64,000 nt of DNA from Nibricoccus sp. (lineage in GTDB: Bacteria > Verrucomicrobiota > Verrucomicrobiia > Opitutales > Opitutaceae). Below, in pieces: positions 47,401-55,375 of this stretch. A program made the position numbers and the translations under genes. Within the stretch, counting starts at the first letter, position 1, and the number at the start of each line of letters is the position of its first letter. Below the pieces are notes generated by a model. The model did not search any database. It had not been told where the DNA came from and was given only the letters and a program-made list of their open reading frames with translations. The DNA lies in contig JASGHG010000001.1 in NCBI GenBank assembly GCA_047602425.1, positions 3,200,001-3,264,000 on the forward strand, in the 5' to 3' direction.

Positions 47401-47968
47401 CAACAATGTGACTATCTCAACCTCCACGGCGACCGGGGAGAAGGGAAAACGGCAAGGCTATGAAGTCGAACTCGAGCAGAACTTCGGATTTCTCGGCATG
47501 ATCGGGTCCCAGATCGATGCTTCCGTTTCCTATAACTACCGTGCCGTGACAGCGAATTCCTTGAGCAACTCCAGCGTTTTGGGATGGAGTCGCCAAAACC
47601 CGGTGCGTCCCGTATGGCAGGGCAGGGTTTCCTACAGCGCCCGTCGCTTTAGCATCATGGCAAAATGGAAATATACACAACCTGGCAGGACTGGCATTAC
47701 TTCGACCGCCGTCACCCTTCCTGATGGAACAAATGCCAACGTGATGTTCTACACGCCAAACAACAATCAGGCAAAGGTTGGTCTGCAATTCAACTATACC
47801 ATCGATCGGCACTTTAGATACTTTATATCATTGGATAACATATTTGACGATGTTGCATACAGCCGAAAGTTGGATTCCGAAACCGGCTTGTTGCCACATT
47901 ATGCACAGTTCACACAAGCGCAGGAACGTGGGAGGCTGATCGCTACCGGTATAACCGCTACCTTCTAA
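44489..47968 (+). CDS. TonB-dependent receptor
   Basis: GTIEGRV N-terminal domain, plug NVGEFVRYLAGV/VSVRGF, terminal GITATF. Alternative start 44432. Confidence 0.92.
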   Translation: MPTQNRRPQNNISSIQYALLPFRKLKRALQPGIIAFLVSTALAQEPAGVGTIEGRVLNGLNGQYLNNARVYVDKTSYETYTNDSGEYVLKDIPAGEIILNVSYTGQAVLSKTITLLPGETLTKYFTFNSPVSEKNEEAALVLDPYLVEQKRMKTARERAIQDERASTNIKTVVATDAMGYNPDGNVGEFVRYLAGVDVSEGGTYNNPNTITGVSVRGFGADSTAILVDGMPLASAPGAGLTRATQIDMVSINNADRIEVIKVATPDMRQDSPGGAINLIPRGAFDLAKATFTFSAALNGQSNTLGFQKRTGPFKNEGSYSTLPSLRASAAVPVSKTFGFTISAASDNRTTDTQISRPTWIYRSIAPAVRNANGIARLDNPIPSRFRIGANNWLEFRQSGNLSMDWRPFKGLTLKANGQFGRTSTYSADRTADFSFANNATIDDWGIDGSYTIGRAGRLQQNIVTRDKSGFTNSGYVKADYSFGGWAIGARASASESYGAYDDVQNGHFSGMDSNNLNAAYLIFEGIKNGRPGKISMWDSVGREINYSSFEAWGNNNRNLKVLSGEGYSRDLMKQYNLDVTRQLDFLPFRSSIKVGVYRGEKGTHKWGRGVNYSYQYTGPALAASQISSDFSTPAVNGFKDRQYWEDTYKIYDIYKAHPEYFDENYVDPASTTNYQANNYNNRIGQTKGVTEISDEWYLRLDGKFFSGRLDVITGFRESRRSISGYNIFRDAKYAYVKLPNGAVYRDPVGGIYTNGVKFDGGSYTGSTANTDPTSPYFGRHDNVLRDTALIARMRAAGVVDIPDHLALAPNRTAGNRDNNLELAMLNNTTRAVDKKSKNPGTPQLQLAYKVTDELKVQASWSRETRLPDLEGGTGAILNDGANFTFDERDPSDILYNTLGGQGTAKISNVKNQPEITNSYNFRASYYGKYTTLGLTYYLKMTPKQWVDENILPGDPDYDDLMNSIGLDPRYYNNVTISTSTATGEKGKRQGYEVELEQNFGFLGMIGSQIDASVSYNYRAVTANSLSNSSVLGWSRQNPVRPVWQGRVSYSARRFSIMAKWKYTQPGRTGITSTAVTLPDGTNANVMFYTPNNNQAKVGLQFNYTIDRHFRYFISLDNIFDDVAYSRKLDSETGLLPHYAQFTQAQERGRLIATGITATF

Positions 47969-48068
47969 AGATCGGAAACGGAAAGCCCAGCTTCAGCCGA
48001 AGCCAGTACATTCCACGGCTGAGTGAGCGAAAGTTTTTGGTGCAGGTTAGATAGTAGGGCTTAGGACT

Positions 48069-48103
48069 GCGGAGAACGCCCCTCCATGGCGTTCTCCGCT
48101 TTC
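48069..48103 (+). terminator. Intrinsic terminator
   Basis: GCGGAGAACGCC-loop-GGCGTTCTCCGC-TTT. Confidence 0.75.
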
Positions 48104-48337
48104 GATAATTTGTTGTGATATGACTTAGCTGGATGCTTCGGCTTGATTGGAGGAGCAGCTTTTCGCCGCAATGAAAGGGAAAATCGCGGTATAAAATCGC
48201 ACCTCCTGTTCGGTTAAAAATTTAGGGGATTTGCCCTGGGATTTTCTATGCGTCTCGGAATTCTCCAAAGTGCTTTGCGGCCAGAAGCTGGGTTGCTGCC
48301 AGCTTCAACGAACTGAGTACTTCAAAATGCGCCGCAT

Positions 48338-49276
48338 TTAATGTATCGGCCTTTTCTGTATACATCGTATTCCATCTCGAGATATTGGCCTCCAGGCTTT
48401 TGAGCGCTGCCTTTTGCCTGGCGGCGTCCAGTCTGCTGGTATCGACAGCGTCGTATTCCGTTGGCTCCGCTTTTTGAGCGCGCGAAATACAGGCATATGA
48501 CTTTTCAACCCGAGTTCGGCTTGGACCTGCCGGCAGGAAATTTTCCCATCGATCACGGCATTTTCATAACTCGGAAAAGCGGCGAAAACGCGGCAGACGA
48601 AATTGACCGGGAGCTCGGTGGAGCGCCAGCCAGCGGCTTGATCGGCGATATTTAGCCAGGTAGCAAATGTGTCAGTATAGGGAATGACGTAGGTCGCGAT
48701 CCGAGCTGCGCCAGCATTCCGCGCTGAAATGAATTGGGCTCGTCCAGAAAGGATTTTGAAACGCCCGTGTTTCAGGCGCACCAAATCGATTGGCTCGAAG
48801 TTGCCAGCCATCGATTCTTTTTTTGCGAAAGGTAAACGGTGGCTAGTGGTTGTGGATGGTGGTAGATAAAAACTGTGATCTATATCCACGCTTTCAACTG
48901 GAACGCTTTGTAGGTATAGTATGGTTGCAGCACGGCTACTCGTTTTCCAAAATGTTATAAACTGGGACAATTCGACGCGATAAAGCCGTTCTTTATCTTC
49001 AGCTTTAGCTGATATGCATATGCCTTTTGTTCGAAGGAACTCCTGCACCTCGCTGGCAAGGATTCCGGTCCAAGCGACCAATTGGCTATTTGTGACGAGC
49101 CAGGGTATCGGTTGCCCAAGAGATAGTGGAACTGCATCTACGCAGTGTAACGATGTGTCAGCGGACGACATGGTCTGGCAGGGGATTTTGAGCCCTACGT
49201 TCTTTTCGTTTGGATGGTTCCCCTCAGGAAAATAGATCTTGGAGAATGGATGATTCACTGGACGCGTCCAAACCAT
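48338..49276 (-). CDS. Hypothetical protein with degenerate ParB/Srx-like segment and possible HTH motifs
   Basis: EPIDLVRLKHGRFKILSGRAQFISARNAGAARIATYV resembles the ParB N-domain. ISCRQVQAELGLKSHMPVFRAL is HTH-like. Start 49276 or 49171; the longer start overlaps the next gene. Confidence 0.5.
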   Translation of the reverse strand: MVWTRPVNHPFSKIYFPEGNHPNEKNVGLKIPCQTMSSADTSLHCVDAVPLSLGQPIPWLVTNSQLVAWTGILASEVQEFLRTKGICISAKAEDKERLYRVELSQFITFWKTSSRAATILYLQSVPVESVDIDHSFYLPPSTTTSHRLPFAKKESMAGNFEPIDLVRLKHGRFKILSGRAQFISARNAGAARIATYVIPYTDTFATWLNIADQAAGWRSTELPVNFVCRVFAAFPSYENAVIDGKISCRQVQAELGLKSHMPVFRALKKRSQRNTTLSIPADWTPPGKRQRSKAWRPISRDGIRCIQKRPIH

Positions 49277-49463
49277 GCGGTTTGTTGCGAGAAGGTAACA
49301 AAACTTGATGACTACGTCTTGTAGCGGAAACACGGGATGACGCCGAAGGAAGCGAATCACTCCATCGCAGATGAGGTCTCGTTGTTGCCGTCTGGGACGG
49401 GGCCCGCTGCAAGACGTGATGCCGGGCTTGCACTGGGATTGGTCGGCGGCAAGGTGGTTCCTT

Positions 49464-50141
49464 GTGAAAGCCGCCGAATTTTTCCAACTCCCAGCATCTC
49501 TACAGCCTTTTGCTTCGTTTTTCTCGCCCGAGGTTGCTCCTTGGGAATGGTTGAAGACGATCGGCACGGCGCTCAAAGCCCAAGATTTTTCGGGCGGGCA
49601 GGCTATTCCGCCCGGTGTGTACGCGGAAGGCCAAGTCTACGTTCATCCGTCAGCGCAATTGCCGCACACCGCGACATTGATCGGCCCGGTTTGGGTGGGA
49701 CCGGGCACGAAGTTACTGCCGGGCTGTTTTCTGCGCGGCAATGTCATTGTCGGTGCCAACTGCACCATAGGGCACAATGCCGAGCTAAAAAACTCGCTGT
49801 TGATGGACAACGTGCAAGTGCCGCACAGGCCTTATATCGGCGATTCGATTTTAGGTAACGGCGCACATCTCGGGGCAGGCGTGGTGCTCTCGAACCTGCG
49901 TCTCGACCAGAAACCAATCAGTGTGCGTTTGCCTTCGGGTGTGGTCGATACCGGCTTGCGAAAATTTGGGGCGATCCTCGGTGACAAAGCTGAAGTCGGT
50001 TGCAATGCCGTGCTCAACCCCGGCGCGGTGCTCGGACCGCGTGCGCTAGTGACGCCGACGGTGGTGCTGAGCGGTTATGTGCCGCCGGCCACGATTGCCC
50101 ACGTGAGGACGACTGTGCATTTCGTGCCGCGGAGGGACTGA
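49464..50141 (+). CDS. Hexapeptide-repeat (LbH) protein, GlmU C-terminal-like acyltransferase
   Basis: PWEWL, IGPVWVG, IGHNAELKNSLL, YIGDSILG, TGLRKFGAILGD. GTG 49464 preferred. Confidence 0.85.
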   Translation: MKAAEFFQLPASLQPFASFFSPEVAPWEWLKTIGTALKAQDFSGGQAIPPGVYAEGQVYVHPSAQLPHTATLIGPVWVGPGTKLLPGCFLRGNVIVGANCTIGHNAELKNSLLMDNVQVPHRPYIGDSILGNGAHLGAGVVLSNLRLDQKPISVRLPSGVVDTGLRKFGAILGDKAEVGCNAVLNPGAVLGPRALVTPTVVLSGYVPPATIAHVRTTVHFVPRRD

Positions 50142-50160
50142 TAGTCATTTCTGCATTTTT

Positions 50161-50195
50161 CTCCTGACTTCTGGCTTCTGACTTCTGAATTCTAT
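50161..50195 (+). repeat. Heptamer array upstream of trpS (reverse complement of YCAGAAG)
   Basis: CTCCTGA CTTCTGG CTTCTGA CTTCTGA ATTCTAT. Confidence 0.75.
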
Positions 50196-50199
50196 TCTC

Positions 50200-51165
50200 A
50201 TGCGCATTCTTTCTGGCATCCAACCTTCGGGCACCCTGCACATCGGCAATTATTTTGGCATGATGCGGCCGGCCATTGAACTGCAGGACCGCGGCGACGC
50301 TTTCTATTTCATTGCGGACTATCATTCGATGACGTCGCTGACGGACGCGGAGCAGCGGCGCAAGAACACGCTCGATGTCGCCCTCGATTTTCTCGCATGC
50401 GGACTCGATCCAAAGAAAAGCGTTTTTTACCGCCAGAGCGATTTGCCGGAAGTCTGTGAACTGATGTGGATTCTCGGCACGCTCACGCCCATGGGCCTGC
50501 TCGAACGGGCACACAGCTACAAAGATAAAACCGCCAAGGGGATTTCGCCCAACTTCGGACTCTTCGCCTATCCGGTGCTGATGGCCGCGGATATTTTGAT
50601 GTACGACTCTAACCTTGTGCCAGTAGGCAAGGATCAGAAACAGCACGTCGAAATGACGCGCGATATCGCGATCAAATTCAACCAGACCTATGGCGAAACC
50701 TTTGTGATTCCCGAGCCTGAAATTCGCGCCGAAGTTGCTACCGTTCCCGGTCTCGATGGTCAGAAAATGAGCAAGAGTTACGGCAACACGGTCGAGATTT
50801 TCGGTGACGAAAAAGCGATTCGCAAAAAAATCATGGGCATCAAAATGGATTCGCGCACACCGGCCGAACCGAAGCCCGACGCCGATCAGAATCTCGCGAT
50901 TCAATTGCTCAAGCTCGTGGCGCCGACCGATGTCTCGAAAGACTTTGAGGATCGTCTGCGTGCGGGCGGACTCGGTTATGGCGATTTGAAGAAGGCGTTG
51001 TTCGAGCACTACTGGAATTATTTTGCGCCCTTCCGGGCGAAACGCGCCGAACTCGCGGCGAACCTCGATTATGTGAACCAAGTGCTGGCCGACGGGGCGC
51101 AACGCGCCCGCGTGGTTGGTGGCGCGGTGCTGCAACGTGCGCGCAAGGCCAGCGGACTCGCATAA
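50200..51165 (+). CDS. trpS: Tryptophanyl-tRNA synthetase
   Basis: SGIQPSGTLHIGNY, YPVLMAADIL, VPVGKDQKQH, KMSKS. Confidence 0.97.
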   Translation: MRILSGIQPSGTLHIGNYFGMMRPAIELQDRGDAFYFIADYHSMTSLTDAEQRRKNTLDVALDFLACGLDPKKSVFYRQSDLPEVCELMWILGTLTPMGLLERAHSYKDKTAKGISPNFGLFAYPVLMAADILMYDSNLVPVGKDQKQHVEMTRDIAIKFNQTYGETFVIPEPEIRAEVATVPGLDGQKMSKSYGNTVEIFGDEKAIRKKIMGIKMDSRTPAEPKPDADQNLAIQLLKLVAPTDVSKDFEDRLRAGGLGYGDLKKALFEHYWNYFAPFRAKRAELAANLDYVNQVLADGAQRARVVGGAVLQRARKASGLA

Positions 51166-51235
51166 ACGTCGTCGACTGGCTGGCCGGCGCGAGGTTGAGG
51201 CGTGCAATTGATCCGAACTTCGGTAAATTGACGCC

Positions 51236-51883
51236 ATGAGCCTGCTGGAGTACGGACTGCTCGCTTTCAGTTCGTTGTTCGCGATCGTCGATCCCATCGC
51301 GGCGATCCCGGCATATCTGGCGATGACGCCGAACGATTCGCAAGCGGCAAGGCTGCGCATGGCCCGCCTGGCCTGCATTGTGGCGACAGGCGCATTGCTC
51401 CTGTTTGCGCTCGCGGGCCCAAGAATTTTTTCCATGCTGGGCGTGACGCTGCCGGCCTTTCAATTTGCCGGTAGTCTGTTGTTGTTGAGAATCGCGTTCG
51501 ACATGTTGTATGCGAAACGTTCGGGCGTGCAGGAGACGGAGGAGGAGGTCGCGGCGGGCGCGGCGAAGGACGACATTGCCATCAGTCCGCTGGGCGTTCC
51601 GATGCTGGCCGGCCCCGGCGCGATTTCCAACGTACTCATTCTTACCACCAAGGCGGGCGATTGGGTGCACTACGGAATTTTATTGGGAAGCATCGCGGCG
51701 GTGGGAGCCGCCTCTTATCTGGTTTTGCGTGTGGCGGCACGGGGCGCGGCGTTTTTAAGCCCGCTGGTGTTGAAGCTGGTGACTCGCTTGATGGGTTTGG
51801 TCATCGCGGCGATCGCAGTGCAGTTCGCTTTCAACGCGCTGGCGGCGAGCGGTCTTTTTGGGAGCGCGCAGCCGGTTCACTGA
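51236..51883 (+). CDS. marC: MarC-family membrane protein
   Basis: IVDPIA, PLGVPMLAGPGAI, TRLMGL; six hydrophobic segments. Confidence 0.9.
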   Translation: MSLLEYGLLAFSSLFAIVDPIAAIPAYLAMTPNDSQAARLRMARLACIVATGALLLFALAGPRIFSMLGVTLPAFQFAGSLLLLRIAFDMLYAKRSGVQETEEEVAAGAAKDDIAISPLGVPMLAGPGAISNVLILTTKAGDWVHYGILLGSIAAVGAASYLVLRVAARGAAFLSPLVLKLVTRLMGLVIAAIAVQFAFNALAASGLFGSAQPVH

Positions 51884-51938
51884 ACCGGCCGGCAGGAGAC
51901 GGACCAGGCATTTTTTCACGCCGGCCGTGTCCAAGCCG

Positions 51939-52952
51939 CTAAACCGTAGCGGATACAAAAAAGCTCGGAACGAAATCGCTGGCGATGCCGAGCGCGGCGA
52001 GGGAGCGGTAATGCGATTTCAGTTCGGCCTGGATGGCGAGAGGCTGGCCGTTGCAACCATCGTGCTCAGGGATGAAATTATCGGTGGCGAAATGTTCGTT
52101 TGTAGACGGGCCGAGCGGAAGGATTTTTTCGGGGAGCTTGTAGTCGGGCAGGGCGGCGAAAAATTTCGTGTTGGCGAAACCGGAGGCGCGAAGAAGTTCG
52201 TCGAGTTCGGCGCGGGTGAAAGTGAAACTGCGAAGGGGCTTGCCGGAATGCTTCTGCCATTTTTCGGTGGCGAGCGCGGCGTCGAAGACCGCGATGTTGG
52301 GCGGACCGATGTGGTCGTCGGGAGCGCCGAGCAGGTATTTCAGACCGAGGCGATTTTCGATGCCGATGACGAGTTGGCCGCCGGGTGCGAGAAGCGAGCG
52401 GGCGCGGTAGAGAAATTCAATCTGCACGTTTCGCGGGTTGCCGGCGCGGAATTTCGGCACCCATTCGAGCACGCCGACGCAGGTGACAAGGTCGAAGCGA
52501 GTCGTAAAGTCGACGTCGAAGAAGTCGCCTTGCAGGAAATACATCGAGGCATTGGTGCGGTCCTGTTGAGCGGCGGCCTGAATGAAGGCGAGGCGCTCGG
52601 GCGTGGGTTCAAGGGCGGTGACTAAGGCTTTGGCGTCGCGCGCGAGCGACAGCGCGATTTGGCCCCAACCGGAACCAATATCCAGAACCTTGGCGCCGGG
52701 CTTTGGCGGCTGCTGGCGGAAAAAGAGATCCCGCTTTGGGCTCGTTACGATCTGGTGCAGCCACGGATTGGTTTTGGCGTAACGAGACGCGACGACGTTG
52801 CGCCAAGGCTGGCCGGCTTGGACGGCGCGGACGATTTCCCAGAGCTCTTTGGCCGGCGCGTCGCGATAGGTGTCGGCGCTGGCAGGTTGCGGCGTCCAGC
52901 TTTCGCCGGGCTGGAGCGAATGGGGTTGGCCGCGATGGGAGAAGGAAATCAT
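51939..52952 (-). CDS. Class I SAM-dependent methyltransferase
   Basis: VLDIGSGWG, FDLVTCVGVLEW, LAPGG, IENRLGLKYLLG, PDYKLP. Confidence 0.88.
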   Translation of the reverse strand: MISFSHRGQPHSLQPGESWTPQPASADTYRDAPAKELWEIVRAVQAGQPWRNVVASRYAKTNPWLHQIVTSPKRDLFFRQQPPKPGAKVLDIGSGWGQIALSLARDAKALVTALEPTPERLAFIQAAAQQDRTNASMYFLQGDFFDVDFTTRFDLVTCVGVLEWVPKFRAGNPRNVQIEFLYRARSLLAPGGQLVIGIENRLGLKYLLGAPDDHIGPPNIAVFDAALATEKWQKHSGKPLRSFTFTRAELDELLRASGFANTKFFAALPDYKLPEKILPLGPSTNEHFATDNFIPEHDGCNGQPLAIQAELKSHYRSLAALGIASDFVPSFFVSATV

Positions 52953-52955
52953 GGT

Positions 52956-54422
52956 TCAGGCAACCGGGCGGGAGGAAATTTGCGCGCGGAGATTGGCGAT
53001 GCCAAAGGTTCGGTCGACGGCATGGATGTCGATTTTAACCGCATCGTAGCGGCGCTGGAGGACGACTAGTTTGTCACCGACAAAATGGGTGAAGCCGAAG
53101 GAAAGGAAGTAGCTGCCGGGCATCAAATCGAGCGGGAAGGAGAAATTCACCTCACGTTTTTCGCCGGTCTTCATGGGCGGAGCGGGCTGTTTGCTGAAAA
53201 GGGTGTTGGTGCCGTAGATTTCGACGCCTGCGGTGTTTTTGAGCGTGAGGGCGAAGATGGGTTCATGGAGGTCTTCGCGGGAGGCGACAATCATGCGCGC
53301 GACGATGCGTTCGCCGGAATTGAAGGTGGTGCGGGACACGCCCCCGGCATCGAAGGTGTCGACGGACTCGATGCGGCCGAGTTCGCCACCGTAGGCGAAT
53401 TCGTGCCCGCTGGCGGGAACATGGTCGCGTTCGTCAGAGAGAAGGGCGGTGTCGCGCGGATCGGTGGAAGGGGTGGAAAGCGGAAGGGCTGAAAGGCTGT
53501 CGGGAGTGGTTGGTTTGGCTGGTTCGGTTTGAGGTTTGGCGTTTGGGTTTTGGTCTTCCTTGGCGCGAAGCGCCACGATGTCGGATTGGAGGGAGTCAAT
53601 AGTTGTCCCATCGACGAGGAGCTTGGAGTATAAATTGACGACATCGTTGGGCTTTCCGGAGTAAACGATCTGACCGCGTTCGAGCAGAATCGCGTGATGG
53701 CACAGGCGTTTGACCAGGGATGCGTCGTGAGAAACAAAAAGGAGCGTGACGCCCTGGGCGATGAAGCGATCGATTGCGCGCGCGCATTTGAGTTGGAAAC
53801 GCGCATCTCCGACGGAAAGGGCTTCATCGACGATGAGAATATCGGGATCGACGTGGGCGGCGACCGCAAAGGCCAGGCGCACGATCATGCCGGACGAGTA
53901 GATTTTGACTGGTTGGTCAATGAAATCGCCGATCTCGGCAAAAGCGACAATGGCGTCGAACCGTTCAGCCATTTGGTCGCGGCTGAGACCGAGGATCGCG
54001 CCGTTGATAAAAACATTCTCGCGGCCGGTGAACTCGGGATTGAAGCCGGATCCGAGTTCAAGCAGCGCCGAGATTCGCCCGGAGACCGAGAGTTGGCCAT
54101 GGGTCGGCGTGAGCGTGCCGGCGATCATTTGCAGCAGGGTGCTTTTACCGGAGCCATTGCGCCCAATGATGCCGATCGCTTCGCCGCGCTTGATGTTCAG
54201 CGATACATCGCGCAAGGCGTGGAAATCCCGGAAGCCGAGGGCGGCTCGCGCATTGATTGTTTTGCGCATCTTCGACTCGCCCGGAAAAAGCAGGGCAAGT
54301 CCTTCCAGAATCGGGCTTTTGAAGCGTGCTGAAGGATTTTTCCAGATGCGATAGACTTTGCTCAAGCCTTGGGCCTGGATGATGGTTTCGCTGGACGAGG
54401 AAATGGAGTCCGGGGATGGCAT
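52956..54422 (-). CDS. wzt: Polysaccharide ABC transporter ATPase with C-terminal carbohydrate-binding domain
   Basis: GRNGSGKST, FNPEFTGREN, YSSGM, DEALSVGD, then a Wzt-C-like beta domain. Confidence 0.92.
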   Translation of the reverse strand: MPSPDSISSSSETIIQAQGLSKVYRIWKNPSARFKSPILEGLALLFPGESKMRKTINARAALGFRDFHALRDVSLNIKRGEAIGIIGRNGSGKSTLLQMIAGTLTPTHGQLSVSGRISALLELGSGFNPEFTGRENVFINGAILGLSRDQMAERFDAIVAFAEIGDFIDQPVKIYSSGMIVRLAFAVAAHVDPDILIVDEALSVGDARFQLKCARAIDRFIAQGVTLLFVSHDASLVKRLCHHAILLERGQIVYSGKPNDVVNLYSKLLVDGTTIDSLQSDIVALRAKEDQNPNAKPQTEPAKPTTPDSLSALPLSTPSTDPRDTALLSDERDHVPASGHEFAYGGELGRIESVDTFDAGGVSRTTFNSGERIVARMIVASREDLHEPIFALTLKNTAGVEIYGTNTLFSKQPAPPMKTGEKREVNFSFPLDLMPGSYFLSFGFTHFVGDKLVVLQRRYDAVKIDIHAVDRTFGIANLRAQISSRPVA

Positions 54423-54426
54423 GGCA

Positions 54427-55275
54427 TCAAATCACGTCGGCGAAAGCGTGCTTGGTTTTTTGGAAAAACACGCGGCCGGCGACGCAAAAAGCGGCTCCGG
54501 CAATCCAGGTGAAAGCAAGGTGTTTTAGGTTGAGCGGTTGGTTCCAGAGCAGAGCCTGGCGGCTGAGTTCCACCGTGTGGAGGAGCGGATTCCATTTGAG
54601 CAGCGGCCACCAACCTTTTTCGACGGCTTTCCCCGTGGAGTAGAAGATCGCGCTGCCGTAGAGGACGATCTGGGAAGTGATCTGCGTGATATGGGTGATG
54701 TCGCGGAAAAAAACACCAAGCGCGGATATGAACCAGCTGACGCCCAGCGTGAAAAGGATGAGCGGGCCAAGGATGAGCGGCATCCAGAGTAAACCGCCAA
54801 AATACACCGGCTTGCCGATTAATACTGCACCGACAAAGAGCAGGGTCATGTTGATCAGGAAGTGAAACCAATACGCGGAGACATTGGCGAGCGGCAGGAT
54901 TTCCAACGGGAAAACAACTTTTTTGACCAGATTGGGGTTTCCAACGATCAGGTGCGGCGAGGCGGCAATCGTCTCGGAAACGACGTGGAAAAGCGAAAGT
55001 CCCAGGAATACCGCGAGGGCGAAATCGTAGGAATCGCCGTAGATCTTGCTGCCGAAAATCTCGCCGAAAACCACCACATAGAGCGAAAGCATGAGCAGCG
55101 GATTGAGCACGAGCCAGACCGCGCCGAGGAAACTGCCTCGGTGGCGCACCTCAACGGCGCGCACGGCGAATTGCCACCAGAGTTCGCGTTTGCGGGCGAA
55201 GCCGCTGAGTAAAGGCGTCAGTTTGGAGATCACGTCGGTAGCCAGAAGTTTCGATGACGGAAGCGGGTTGGACAC
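54427..55275 (-). CDS. wzm: Polysaccharide ABC transporter permease
   Basis: RHRGSFLGAVW, NPNLVKKVVFP, LGVFFRDI, NPL. Start uncertain (55275 or 55332). Confidence 0.9.
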   Translation of the reverse strand: MSNPLPSSKLLATDVISKLTPLLSGFARKRELWWQFAVRAVEVRHRGSFLGAVWLVLNPLLMLSLYVVVFGEIFGSKIYGDSYDFALAVFLGLSLFHVVSETIAASPHLIVGNPNLVKKVVFPLEILPLANVSAYWFHFLINMTLLFVGAVLIGKPVYFGGLLWMPLILGPLILFTLGVSWFISALGVFFRDITHITQITSQIVLYGSAIFYSTGKAVEKGWWPLLKWNPLLHTVELSRQALLWNQPLNLKHLAFTWIAGAAFCVAGRVFFQKTKHAFADVI

Positions 55276-55375
55276 AAATCTAAACTTTTGGAACGAAGAA
55301 GTGGCTTTCCAGTCCCAAGAGGGCAGGAACAAAGCCTTTACAGGCCGCGCAAGGCTATCTTGGATAACTACTCCC

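Noticed and set aside
49277..49576. N-terminal 100 aa of the 412-aa ORF
   Set aside because: Overlaps the divergent hexapeptide-repeat gene and its promoter region; likely a spurious extension.
55091..55375. Long N-terminal extensions given by the track for TolC (also NifN, the PL1, CE12-CE8 and the adaptor)
   Set aside because: They overlap neighbouring genes or regulatory DNA; downstream starts give proper signal peptides or operon coupling.
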